A DNA stretch of 32,000 nucleotides from Cylindrospermopsis raciborskii Cr2010 (lineage in GTDB: Bacteria > Cyanobacteriota > Cyanobacteriia > Cyanobacteriales > Nostocaceae), in the NCBI RefSeq assembly GCF_003367075.2, contig NZ_CP065936.1:2490001-2522000 (forward strand). The letters are read 5' to 3'. The notes beneath the pieces were generated by a model. That model did no database searches, had not been told where the DNA came from, and saw nothing but the letters and a program-made list of their open reading frames with translations. The position numbers were made by a program, and so were the translations under genes. This document shows, one piece after another, positions 1-8,498 of this stretch (positions within the stretch are counted from its first letter, which is position 1; every line of letters begins with the position of its first letter).

Positions 1-140
1 ATAATTTAAGAAATCAAGTTTCTAGTTGGGCATGGCACAAATGGCTGTGACTGCAAACCCCAAGTAAGTTATGTTAGTTGCCCGCCTTTTGCCTGCTGGA
101 ACTAGCTGACAGCAACTAAGTCGAGTGAACGATTCAGATT

Positions 141-1388
141 ATGTCTTACGTCTCCGTCCTGAAAAGCATTCCAGAAATATTAGGCCAGCCCACAGGAATA
201 GCTGCCATAGCTTCTCTTGGTATCCATGGGGCTATTGCCTTGATTGTGCCATTAATGCCCATTGATTCTAATCACAATCAGACTGCACGAACTGACACGA
301 CTAAGGCTGTGGGACTAATGGAATTGAGTCCTGCTGACCAAAATAGACTGCCACAGTCTACTTCAGCCCAAATAGCCGCCCAGCTCCCCCAACTGGCCTT
401 ACAATCCCAAATTCCCCTGGGTGGTTTGAGTGTTGCTGGACAAGAACCTCCTGTTCAGCCAGTTTTACCCCCTCCCCTCTTACCTCCTATCCCTACCTCT
501 TCTTCTAACTATAATCTTTCTGTATTGCCTCAAAGGCAATCACTGCCAAGGATCCCCGCCACTAGTGTAGATAAAGCTAGTAATTTACGCTTCAAAGATA
601 AATTTTCCCCTTCATCAACATCTGCTTTTGTCAATAATATAGATGCCCAAATTAGACTAAATCAATCCAATGATAGTAAATCACCACAAGCTGATAACCA
701 AGTAACCACGGAAATACCAAGTGAGCCTTTAAATAATCCTTCTACTGCTAAGATTGATAGTGACCCTAGTGGCGGTGCGCAAGACACTGGGGTAATAGCT
801 CAAAACCAGTCCCCAGCTAACTTTAATCCACAGCAAAATGTAGCTGATTCCAATCCATCTTCTCCTTCACCTACTGCAGGCCAGTTAGGTGGGCCCCTTG
901 CGGTTGTTCCAGACAAGCCAGTTCCAGATATTCCTACAAAGTTACAGGAACAAGCGCCTAGTTTGCCTAGTTCCCAACCAGAAGTGCAAAACCCTGTATC
1001 TCAAGGGAATGATGCCAGAACTCAAAAAAGACAACAATTACTCGCTAGGTTGGAATCCTATAACAAACTCAGACAAACCATTCTTAAGGAATACCCTAAT
1101 TCTAAAGAACAGTACCCAATCCGCCAAAGTGTGTCTGTGAACAACCGGGATATGGAAGGTGTAGTTTTCGGTCGTTTGGTTGTGGACCCTGATGGCAAGG
1201 TTTTGGATATTAAGTTTCAAGACCAATCGGTGTCTCCCCAACTCCAATCTCAAACCCGGGAGTTTTTTAACGCCAATCCCCCTAAAGGTGAACAGAACAT
1301 TAGTTCTTATCCTTTCCAACTCCGTTTCAATTTGGTCAATAATGCCAGTGAGAACGTTCCTCAAACTCAGGGCGCAACCCCAAAGTAG
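141..1388 (+). CDS. TonB-like proline-rich membrane-anchored protein
   Basis: N-terminal TM helix (GIAAIASLGIHGAIALIVPL). Long Pro/Gln/Ser-rich linker (PPVQPVLPPPLLPPIP). C-terminal block EGVVFGRLVVDPDGKVLDIKF resembles the TonB C-terminal fold. Nested ORFs 889..1140, 1038..1364 and 1180..1392 are treated as spurious. Confidence 0.55.
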   Translation: MSYVSVLKSIPEILGQPTGIAAIASLGIHGAIALIVPLMPIDSNHNQTARTDTTKAVGLMELSPADQNRLPQSTSAQIAAQLPQLALQSQIPLGGLSVAGQEPPVQPVLPPPLLPPIPTSSSNYNLSVLPQRQSLPRIPATSVDKASNLRFKDKFSPSSTSAFVNNIDAQIRLNQSNDSKSPQADNQVTTEIPSEPLNNPSTAKIDSDPSGGAQDTGVIAQNQSPANFNPQQNVADSNPSSPSPTAGQLGGPLAVVPDKPVPDIPTKLQEQAPSLPSSQPEVQNPVSQGNDARTQKRQQLLARLESYNKLRQTILKEYPNSKEQYPIRQSVSVNNRDMEGVVFGRLVVDPDGKVLDIKFQDQSVSPQLQSQTREFFNANPPKGEQNISSYPFQLRFNLVNNASENVPQTQGATPK

Positions 1389-1411
1389 GTAGGTAAAATG
1401 AGCATGGCTTG

Positions 1412-1453
1412 TTTAGTGGTGGTCATCACATCATAGTTTTGATCTCCACTAAA
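1412..1453. terminator. Stem-loop between the convergent TonB-like and petJ genes (possible bidirectional terminator)
   Basis: TTTAGTGG (1412..1419) pairs with CCACTAAA (1446..1453). The right arm ends 1 nt from the petJ stop codon. The loop is large (26 nt) and there is no clear U-tract. Confidence 0.3.
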
Positions 1454-1454
1454 T

Positions 1455-1811
1455 CTACCATCCTGTTTCTGCCATTTGAAAAACATAGAGACCCACCTCT
1501 AGAATTTCTTCCTTGGTTAACTTGTTCTTAAAAGCAGGCATGGCACTTTTCCCATTCTGAATTTGATTCACAATCGCTCCAATAGGGTCAGTGTCATAGT
1601 TTTCTAAGTATTTTTGCATGGCTGATGTTTTCAGAGTCTTATTTTCAACAAGTATGTTACCACCCCCTACATGGCAGGAAGCACATTCGGTCTTAAAAAT
1701 AGCATGACCTCTACTTGTTTCTGCTGATAAGACTGGTTCGATAATAAGTGTGAAGCTAAAAAATACAACGATCGCTAGAATTAAAACTAATAACGGTAGA
1801 GGTCTAGACAA
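1455..1811 (-). CDS. petJ: Cytochrome c6 family protein (soluble lumenal c-type cytochrome)
   Basis: Signal peptide, heme motif CASCH, GGGN, and NGKSAMPAF containing the Met axial ligand. Length is typical. TTG start at 1811 is preceded by GGGAGG 9 nt upstream. Confidence 0.85.
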   Translation of the reverse strand: MSRPLPLLVLILAIVVFFSFTLIIEPVLSAETSRGHAIFKTECASCHVGGGNILVENKTLKTSAMQKYLENYDTDPIGAIVNQIQNGKSAMPAFKNKLTKEEILEVGLYVFQMAETGW

Positions 1812-1826
1812 GAAATTTTCCTCCCA

Positions 1827-1872
1827 ATAATCACTATTTGATTATACGTCAATGGCACGCTGGGCGTGCCAT
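1827..1872 (-). promoter_or_regulatory. petE-petJ spacer elements: GC-rich perfect inverted repeat, TATAAT box and AT-rich inverted repeat
   Basis: ATGGCACGC-TGG-GCGTGCCAT at 1852..1872 (9-bp perfect arms). Minus-strand TATAAT at 1846..1841. ATAATCA-N5-TGATTAT at 1827..1845 overlaps the -10 box. All lie in the 102-bp gap between the petE stop and the petJ start. Confidence 0.4.
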
Positions 1873-1913
1873 AAATTCACTCTAACCGTTTTTAAAAACC
1901 GAAGCTATATCTT

Positions 1914-2333
1914 TTAGCTAGCAACAGTTATTTTACCCGCCATACCAGCGCCACGGTGGGGAGCACAGTAAAAGGTATAGTCACCAACAGGTGCATCCGC
2001 TGGAAAAGTTGTGGTCGCACTTTGACTAGTATTCAACAATAATTTAGTGTGGGACAAGGATTTGGCTAAGACTTTATCCTTACCAGGGTTTTTAACGGGA
2101 TCAAATACAATGTTATGGGGGGGAACTTTATTGTTAACCCATTTGATTGTGTCCCCGGGTTTAATTGTTAACTTACTGGGTTCAAATTTTAAGAGTCCTC
2201 TGTCAGTACCTAGTTTGATGGTGTAGGTTTCAGCTGATGCGGTGGGGGTAAACAGGACTAAGGTGCTAACGGCTAGAACCAAAGTCAGCACAGTCAAGGT
2301 TAAACGCTTCCAATTTGCCATGATTAGTTTCAT
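1914..2333 (-). CDS. petE: Plastocyanin
   Basis: Signal peptide ending ASA-ETYTIKLG. Type-1 copper ligand pattern PHNIVFD ... YTFYCAPHRGAGMAGKITV (His, Cys, His, Met). Confidence 0.95.
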   Translation of the reverse strand: MKLIMANWKRLTLTVLTLVLAVSTLVLFTPTASAETYTIKLGTDRGLLKFEPSKLTIKPGDTIKWVNNKVPPHNIVFDPVKNPGKDKVLAKSLSHTKLLLNTSQSATTTFPADAPVGDYTFYCAPHRGAGMAGKITVAS

Positions 2334-2394
2334 AATTCTCTCCCGAGATATAGTTTTATTTTTCCAATCTCATGTTATCTATATTTAACACTAA

Positions 2395-2413
2395 ATATGA
2401 CAGCTTGTCATAT
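2395..2413 (-). promoter_or_regulatory. Inverted repeat ATATGACA-N3-TGTCATAT upstream of petE (candidate operator)
   Basis: 8-bp perfect arms centred about 71 nt upstream of the petE ATG. On the minus strand it overlaps a possible ATGACA-N17-TTAAAT promoter. Confidence 0.35.
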
Positions 2414-2636
2414 AAAAATTTATTTTTCCGGTTATTTTTTATGGATTTAGCCAGCTGCAAGGGATAAACGCTTTTTTTTAGTTGTACTTATTAAATAATT
2501 CCTAGACCGGAGTTCGTGGAGCAGATGAGAATTTAATCAAGTTAAACCCCCATACTCTTAGCAAATCAGGACTAGGAACTAAAACTATTTTAAAACAAAA
2601 ATGTGCGCATTAGAGAAAGCTACCGACTAGAGATGT

Positions 2637-3128
2637 TTAGTAGTATATTTTACCACCACCCCAGCGAGTACCAACGACTTTGGGTTGGATAAGAATGTAG
2701 GCCGATATCTCTTTTAAATCATCCTCTGTGAGGTTTTTCATTTCCGTAAAGATATCCGCGCTCTTGAGACCAGGATGTATTTCCGATATATCCTCTTCAC
2801 CATCGTAAGTTTTAGGTTCCTTGAGAAAGTCCACCAATCCTTCAATGTTGTCACGTGCTGGGACAGCACCCGCCAAAGCTTCTGGTTCCAGACCCACATT
2901 CTGGTTGGTTTTAGTTACACCACCAGCATGACATTGAGCACATGTGTCTTGAAATAGCCTTTTTCCTTCTTGTAACTGCTTAGGGCTAATAACTATTGTA
3001 TCACCAGCTTCATTCAGTTTGACGGTTCTCGTGGCTTCATCTAGCTCTACTGCGGTTGCACTACCCATAAAAAGATGAAACGACAGCAAAACAGTAGCCA
3101 AAACAACGCTTATCAGTCTTATAAACAT
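2637..3128 (-). CDS. psbV: Photosystem II cytochrome c-550
   Basis: Signal peptide, heme motif CAQCH, and the characteristic C-terminus PKVVGTRWGGGKIYY. Confidence 0.95.
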   Translation of the reverse strand: MFIRLISVVLATVLLSFHLFMGSATAVELDEATRTVKLNEAGDTIVISPKQLQEGKRLFQDTCAQCHAGGVTKTNQNVGLEPEALAGAVPARDNIEGLVDFLKEPKTYDGEEDISEIHPGLKSADIFTEMKNLTEDDLKEISAYILIQPKVVGTRWGGGKIYY

Positions 3129-3174
3129 ATTTCCCCATCATTAACATCAGCATGAATCAGTTTACCATTTAGGG

Positions 3175-3202
3175 GATTTCAGATTTCAGATTTTTGATTT
3201 AT
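3175..3202. repeat. Four tandem heptamers GATTTCA GATTTCA GATTTTT GATTTAT
   Basis: Read directly from the sequence. Located 47-75 nt upstream of the psbV start, in the accD-psbV spacer. Confidence 0.8.
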
Positions 3203-3216
3203 AGCTGGTGATTGAT

Positions 3217-3245
3217 GGGTGGGGGTTGTGGCTATATTCCCACCC
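3217..3245 (-). terminator. Stem-loop downstream of accD
   Basis: GGGTGGG (3217..3223) pairs with CCCACCC (3239..3245), 11 nt past the accD stop. No U-tract follows on the minus strand. Confidence 0.3.
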
Positions 3246-3256
3246 CGGTTTCAATT

Positions 3257-4183
3257 TTAGGTTCCAGCTAATAAAACCATATTTACTGCTGTGGGCACGG
3301 GTTGGTGTAAGGATATCAGTTGGGTTAGGATATGTTTTAACTGGGTTCGAGGAACAATTTCATCTACAAAACCGTGTTTTAGCAGATCTTCAGCGGTTTG
3401 AAAGTCTTCCGGGAGTTTTTCCCGCAGGGTTTGTTCAATTACCCTTCTACCAGCAAAACCGATGGTGGCCTTGGGTTCGGCAATAATTACATCCCCTAAC
3501 ATGGCAAAACTGGCAGTAACACCACCGGTGGTAGGATTGGTCAAGACGGGAATATATAGTAAACGGGCATCCTGATGACGCTGGAGAGCGGCAGAAATTT
3601 TAGCCATTTGCATTAAAGATAACATTCCCTCCTGCATTCTGGCACCACCAGATGTACAAACTATTACTACCGGATAGCGTCTTTGGGTGGCCTGCTCTAT
3701 TAAACGGGTTAGTTTTTCCCCTACCACTGAACCCATACTCCCTCCCATAAAACGGAAGTCCATCACTCCTAAGGCAATGGGTAAACCGTTGATTTGTCCT
3801 AATCCGGTTTTGACCGCATCCGTTAACCCGATTTTTTCCTGGGTCTCTCGCAGGCGATCGCTATAGGGTTTGCGATCGCGAAAACCCAAAGGATCTGTGG
3901 GGCGTAAGTTTTCATCCATAGATGTCCAGGTATTGGCATCTATTAATTGTCTAATGCGTTCATCGCTATGGACACGATTATGATGACCACATTCTGAACA
4001 AACCATTTGATTAGCTTTGAGATCTTTAGTATAGGAAAGAACTCCGCATTCAGGACATTTGTGCCACAATCCATCAGCAATTTCTCGTTCCTGACGATCC
4101 AAATTTGTGTTCCCGGATTTACGACGATTTGCAAACCAATCTAATAAAGACTTTAAACCGCGGGATTCTTCGTTGTTTGCCAT
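3257..4183 (-). CDS. accD: Acetyl-CoA carboxylase carboxyltransferase subunit beta
   Basis: N-terminal zinc ribbon CPECG...CSECGHH. Carboxyltransferase core [11 protein letters not shown] and [11 protein letters not shown]. Confidence 0.95.
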   Translation of the reverse strand: MANNEESRGLKSLLDWFANRRKSGNTNLDRQEREIADGLWHKCPECGVLSYTKDLKANQMVCSECGHHNRVHSDERIRQLIDANTWTSMDENLRPTDPLGFRDRKPYSDRLRETQEKIGLTDAVKTGLGQINGLPIALGVMDFRFMGGSMGSVVGEKLTRLIEQATQRRYPVVIVCTSGGARMQEGMLSLMQMAKISAALQRHQDARLLYIPVLTNPTTGGVTASFAMLGDVIIAEPKATIGFAGRRVIEQTLREKLPEDFQTAEDLLKHGFVDEIVPRTQLKHILTQLISLHQPVPTAVNMVLLAGT

Positions 4184-4282
4184 TGTTATCTTATGGTTGT
4201 TGAACTTTTATTAAGGGCTTTGATGAGATTTTCTGTCATTTCTCATCTCCTTTGAATTATATTACAACACATATATTTCACC

Positions 4283-5098
4283 TCAAGAATGGGATAGTAC
4301 AAAGCGCAGGTAATGATCCAGGATGACCTCACCACCAAATATAGAAATCACCGATCCCCAGGCTAAAAACGGTCCAAAGGGCATTTTTTGTTCCATTTGA
4401 CCATCACAGACAATAATTGCCCCAAAACCTACTAACACCCCAGAAAAGCAGGCTATAAAACTAGCTACTAATAAGTATTGCCAACCCAGCCAAGCACCCA
4501 TCATTGCTGCTAGTTTACCATCACCACCACCCATAACTGGTTTGCCATAAAACAGAAATCCCAAGCTAGCAATAATGTCAAACAACCATAAACCTAAAAC
4601 CATACCACCTATTCCCCACATTAACTGCCCAATGGTGCCATACCAGGTGTTATGTGCTACATAACCTAAGGTGGTTTGAAATATTAAACCCAATACTAGT
4701 CCTGATTTAGTCAGACTACCTGGTAGGGTCATTGTCTCCCAGTCTATTAGGGATAAAGCTAGTAACCAACTACAAAAAACCCAATAGCCAATAGTTGGCA
4801 GTGAAAATTGAAACACCCAAAATACGATTAAAAATATTATTCCGGTCAACAACTCTACTAGGGGATAACCATAGGAAATTTTACCTTGACAATCAGCGCA
4901 TTTTCCTCTTAACCATAGCCAGCCTAAAATGGGCAAGTTATGATAAACCTTTAATGGACTCAAGCAATGAGGACAATGGGAAGAAGGCCATAGCAATGAC
5001 AATCCTCTGGGTAGTCGGTAAACCACCACATTGATAAAGCTACCAACGCATGCACCTAATACTAAAACAATGATACTGCTAGGCACTAAAGTTAGCAT
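4283..5098 (-). CDS. pilD: Prepilin peptidase / N-methyltransferase (A24 family)
   Basis: Cys motifs CPHC...CADC, catalytic Asp contexts LIDWETMTLP and GGGDGKL, and a polytopic membrane profile. Confidence 0.9.
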   Translation of the reverse strand: MLTLVPSSIIVLVLGACVGSFINVVVYRLPRGLSLLWPSSHCPHCLSPLKVYHNLPILGWLWLRGKCADCQGKISYGYPLVELLTGIIFLIVFWVFQFSLPTIGYWVFCSWLLALSLIDWETMTLPGSLTKSGLVLGLIFQTTLGYVAHNTWYGTIGQLMWGIGGMVLGLWLFDIIASLGFLFYGKPVMGGGDGKLAAMMGAWLGWQYLLVASFIACFSGVLVGFGAIIVCDGQMEQKMPFGPFLAWGSVISIFGGEVILDHYLRFVLSHS

Positions 5099-5121
5099 GA
5101 TATCAACATCTAATTACTGGT

Positions 5122-5382
5122 TTAGTAGACACAAGACTCTATTTGTTGTAAAGGTATAAAACACTCCTGAGGTAAAAGAATCGGTTGTTGGGTAAAAATG
5201 ACCTTACCCCTATAGGTTGTGCGACTAATCGCCACCCCTGATACTTGACCGATAATTTCTGGATGGACTTGAGAATAAGTGTGATAAATTTGCCCTGCAG
5301 CTTTAATCACGGCGGGATCGATCAAAGCAGTTTGGTTGGGTTGGACACTGAAACTATTGAGATCTGGTTGTGAAAGGTACAC
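5122..5382 (-). CDS. Hypothetical protein (86 aa, GTG start)
   Basis: The only long ORF in the leuB-pilD gap and co-directional with its neighbours. I recognise no motif. Confidence 0.4.
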   Translation of the reverse strand: MYLSQPDLNSFSVQPNQTALIDPAVIKAAGQIYHTYSQVHPEIIGQVSGVAISRTTYRGKVIFTQQPILLPQECFIPLQQIESCVY

Positions 5383-5495
5383 TGGAACCCTTTGGTTATT
5401 ATATAGATGGAGTTAGATTTGGTTTTAGTTTATCGGAAACCTTTAGCAAGTAACGCTAAATTTTTCCTCATGGACTATCTAACTATATAGACCAT

Positions 5496-6587
5496 TTAAC
5501 TATTTTTTTCCAGAATGTCCATTAAAGCGTCACCCATAGCTCTACACCCTAAAAGATTCATTCCTGGAGACATAATATCTCCTGTGCGATCGCCTTGTTG
5601 TAAAACCTGTAACACTGCGTTTTCTATGCTGTCTGCTGCTGCTGGTTGGTTTAACCCATAGCGTAACATCATAGCCGCACTTAGGACTTGTGCTAGAGGA
5701 TTGGCTTTGTCTTGTCCTGCAATATCAGGAGCAGAACCATGGACGGGTTCATACACACCTGGACCGGAAGATCCTAAGCTAGCTGATGGCAACATGCCTA
5801 TACTACCGGTTAGCATAGCTGCTGCATCGGAGAGAATATCACCAAAAAGGTTGCCAGTGACAATAGTATCAAACTGCTTGGGGGCTCGAACTAATTGCAT
5901 GGCAGCATTATCTACGTATAAGTGGGATAACTCTACTTGGGGGTATTCCGGAGCCAATTTATTCATCCCCTCTCGCCACAACTGAGATACTTCCAACACA
6001 TTAGCTTTGTCAACTGAGCAAAGTTTGCCACCTCGTTTTTGTGCTGTTTCAAAAGCAACTTTGGCAATTCTTTCTATTTCTGATTCACTGTAAACCATCG
6101 TATTTACACCACGTTTTTCTCCTGTTTCTGTAGTGAAAATACCTTTGGGTTTACCAAAATAAATCCCCCCTGTGAGTTCTCGTACCACCATGATATCCAC
6201 ACCCTCCACTACTTCCGGTTTGAGGGTGGAAGCACCTATTAACTGAGGGATTATTTTTGCGGGTCTTAAATTGGCAAATAGTTCTAACCCAGCTCTCAAT
6301 CCCAATAGTCCTGCTTCAGGACGTTTATTTGCAGGTAAAGAGTCCCATTTATAACCACCTATAGCAGCCAATAAAACTGCATCACTGCGCCCACAGGTCT
6401 CCAGGGTATGGGATGGTAGAGGTTCTCCGGTTTCGTCGATCGCTGCACCACCGATTAGAGCAGTTTCAAACTGAAAATTCAAGTTGAATTGCTTACCAAC
6501 CAGTTTTAGTACATCCACCGCTACTTCCATAATTTCAGGACCAATACCATCGCCAGGAAGTAGGGTAATACTATATTTTTGGGTCAT
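5496..6587 (-). CDS. leuB: 3-isopropylmalate dehydrogenase
   Basis: N-terminus [13 protein letters not shown], motif NLFGDILSD, and [14 protein letters not shown]. Confidence 0.95.
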   Translation of the reverse strand: MTQKYSITLLPGDGIGPEIMEVAVDVLKLVGKQFNLNFQFETALIGGAAIDETGEPLPSHTLETCGRSDAVLLAAIGGYKWDSLPANKRPEAGLLGLRAGLELFANLRPAKIIPQLIGASTLKPEVVEGVDIMVVRELTGGIYFGKPKGIFTTETGEKRGVNTMVYSESEIERIAKVAFETAQKRGGKLCSVDKANVLEVSQLWREGMNKLAPEYPQVELSHLYVDNAAMQLVRAPKQFDTIVTGNLFGDILSDAAAMLTGSIGMLPSASLGSSGPGVYEPVHGSAPDIAGQDKANPLAQVLSAAMMLRYGLNQPAAADSIENAVLQVLQQGDRTGDIMSPGMNLLGCRAMGDALMDILEKNS

Positions 6588-6754
6588 AATTAAGGTTAGT
6601 TAGTATTTTGATTAGCTACTGTTAAGTCGCTCATCATATCATTTGAGGAGCTTGTTTTTAAAAATATCATTAACAATTGGGCAAACCACAAGCGATCGCC
6701 AATGAGTCATAAACGTAAATGTTAATCGATCCCCATTTCCCATTCCCTATATTT

Positions 6755-8158
6755 CTAAAGCTGCTTCACCTCAGAGACCAACTTAGCCACCATATCCTTG
6801 GCACTACCAAATAACATGGTTGTTTTTTCCTTATAAAACAGCTCATTGTCTACACCAGCAAAACCCTTACTCATACCTCGCTTAATCACAATGGTTTGCC
6901 TAGCCCTATCAACCTCTAAAATGGGCATGCCATAAATTGGACTGTTAGCATCACTGCGAGCTGCGGGGTTCACCACATCATTGGCACCAATAACTAGAGC
7001 TACATCAGCTTGTTCAAATTGGGGGTTAATATCCTCCATGTCATACAACTGAGTATAAGGCACATTAGCTTCTGCTAACAATACATTCATGTGTCCTGGC
7101 ATTCTACCAGCTACTGGATGTATGGCGTATTTAACATCCACACCCATGCGCTCCAGTTGATCTCCTAACTCACGAATGCTATGCTGAGCTTGTGCTACAG
7201 CCATACCATAACCCGGTACTATGACTACAGAACGCGCATAAGCCAACATCATAGCCCCCTCTTCAGGATCAATACTCCGCACAGTTTGATTACCAGTAGC
7301 AGTAGTAGCTCCACCACTAACAGTAGAAACAGAACCAAAGGCACTAAATAGAACACTGAACAAAGAGCGGTTCATAGCCTTACACATAATTTCTGTAAGG
7401 ATAATTCCAGAAGCACCAACTAAAGCACCGGCAATGATTAACATATTATTCATCACCACAAAGCCTGCTGCTGATGCTGCCACACCTGATAATGAGTTTA
7501 GCAGAGAAATTACTACTGGCATATCTCCACCGCCAATGGGTAATACGAACATTACTCCAAGTACCAGGGAAACGGCCACCACGGCTAAAAATACTGGTAA
7601 ACTGTCGGGAGAAGCAATTAAATAGGCGCTCCCCGCTAGATATGTACCTAAAAGCAACAAATTCACAGGTTGTTGCAGGGGAAAAGTAATGGGAGTACCA
7701 CTAACTAAACCTTGCAATTTAGCAAAAGCTAGAAAACTACCAGTAAAAGTCACTCCACCTATTAACACATCCAATAGCATGGATATATTAATATCCAAAG
7801 GTATAGATTGGCCAGCATCCAAAAGACGCCAAAACTCAGCAACAGCTACAAGAGCGGAAGATGCTCCACCCAAACCGTTGAGTAAACCCACCATTTGAGG
7901 CATTTCCGTCATTTGCACTTTATAAGCTGCAATAGCCCCAATAATGGAACCAATGACTAGACCCACCAGTATCATCTGATAGTTGAGAACCTCTTGGTCT
8001 AATAAAGTAGCAACTACGGCCAATAACATTCCCACTGCTGCAATAACATTACCATTGCGTGCAGTTGCAGGAGAGCCTAATTTTTTCAAGCCAAATATAA
8101 ATAGGGATGCAGCCAGTAAATAGGTTAGCTGAATACCGGTAGGGATAAAACTGGTCAT
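6755..8158 (-). CDS. pntB: NAD(P) transhydrogenase subunit beta
   Basis: Multi-TM N-terminal half plus the C-terminal dIII NADP(H) domain (VPGYGMAVAQAQ, HPVAGRMPGHMNVLLAEA). ATGA start/stop overlap with the upstream gene. Confidence 0.95.
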   Translation of the reverse strand: MTSFIPTGIQLTYLLAASLFIFGLKKLGSPATARNGNVIAAVGMLLAVVATLLDQEVLNYQMILVGLVIGSIIGAIAAYKVQMTEMPQMVGLLNGLGGASSALVAVAEFWRLLDAGQSIPLDINISMLLDVLIGGVTFTGSFLAFAKLQGLVSGTPITFPLQQPVNLLLLGTYLAGSAYLIASPDSLPVFLAVVAVSLVLGVMFVLPIGGGDMPVVISLLNSLSGVAASAAGFVVMNNMLIIAGALVGASGIILTEIMCKAMNRSLFSVLFSAFGSVSTVSGGATTATGNQTVRSIDPEEGAMMLAYARSVVIVPGYGMAVAQAQHSIRELGDQLERMGVDVKYAIHPVAGRMPGHMNVLLAEANVPYTQLYDMEDINPQFEQADVALVIGANDVVNPAARSDANSPIYGMPILEVDRARQTIVIKRGMSKGFAGVDNELFYKEKTTMLFGSAKDMVAKLVSEVKQL

Positions 8159-8448
8159 GCTTTAACCTCCTTTTTCTTAAACATCTGCAACATTCTGTCA
8201 GTTACCAAAAAACCACCGACAACGTTAACCATGGCCAATATGACCGCAATTAAACCAAGAATTACCGATAAACTAGTGTTTTTCTCCCCCGCTGCTAAAA
8301 TCGCACCAATTACGGAAATTCCCGAAATAGCATTGGAACCGGACATTAAAGGAGTATGTAGTGTGGGGGGAACTTTGTTAATGACTTCAAAACCTATAAA
8401 AGAAGCCAAAACAAGTACAGACAAAGCCGCAAGTAGTGTTTCAGTCAT
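8155..8448 (-). CDS. pntAB: NAD(P) transhydrogenase subunit alpha part 2 (membrane segment)
   Basis: 97-aa three-TM protein between pntAA and pntB, with a 4-bp overlap with the pntB start. This is the classic split-alpha arrangement. Confidence 0.9.
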   Translation of the reverse strand: MTETLLAALSVLVLASFIGFEVINKVPPTLHTPLMSGSNAISGISVIGAILAAGEKNTSLSVILGLIAVILAMVNVVGGFLVTDRMLQMFKKKEVKA

Positions 8449-8498
8449 TGTGATTTGAGATTGATTTCACAGATTGTTAGTTCGAGGTTGTTCAAAAA

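Noticed and set aside
2497-2580. A 12-bp imperfect inverted repeat (AATTCCTAGACC ... GGACTAGGAACT) flanking about 60 bp, considered as a MITE.
   Set aside because: There are two mismatches in 12, no target-site duplication and no second copy in the window. The evidence is too weak.
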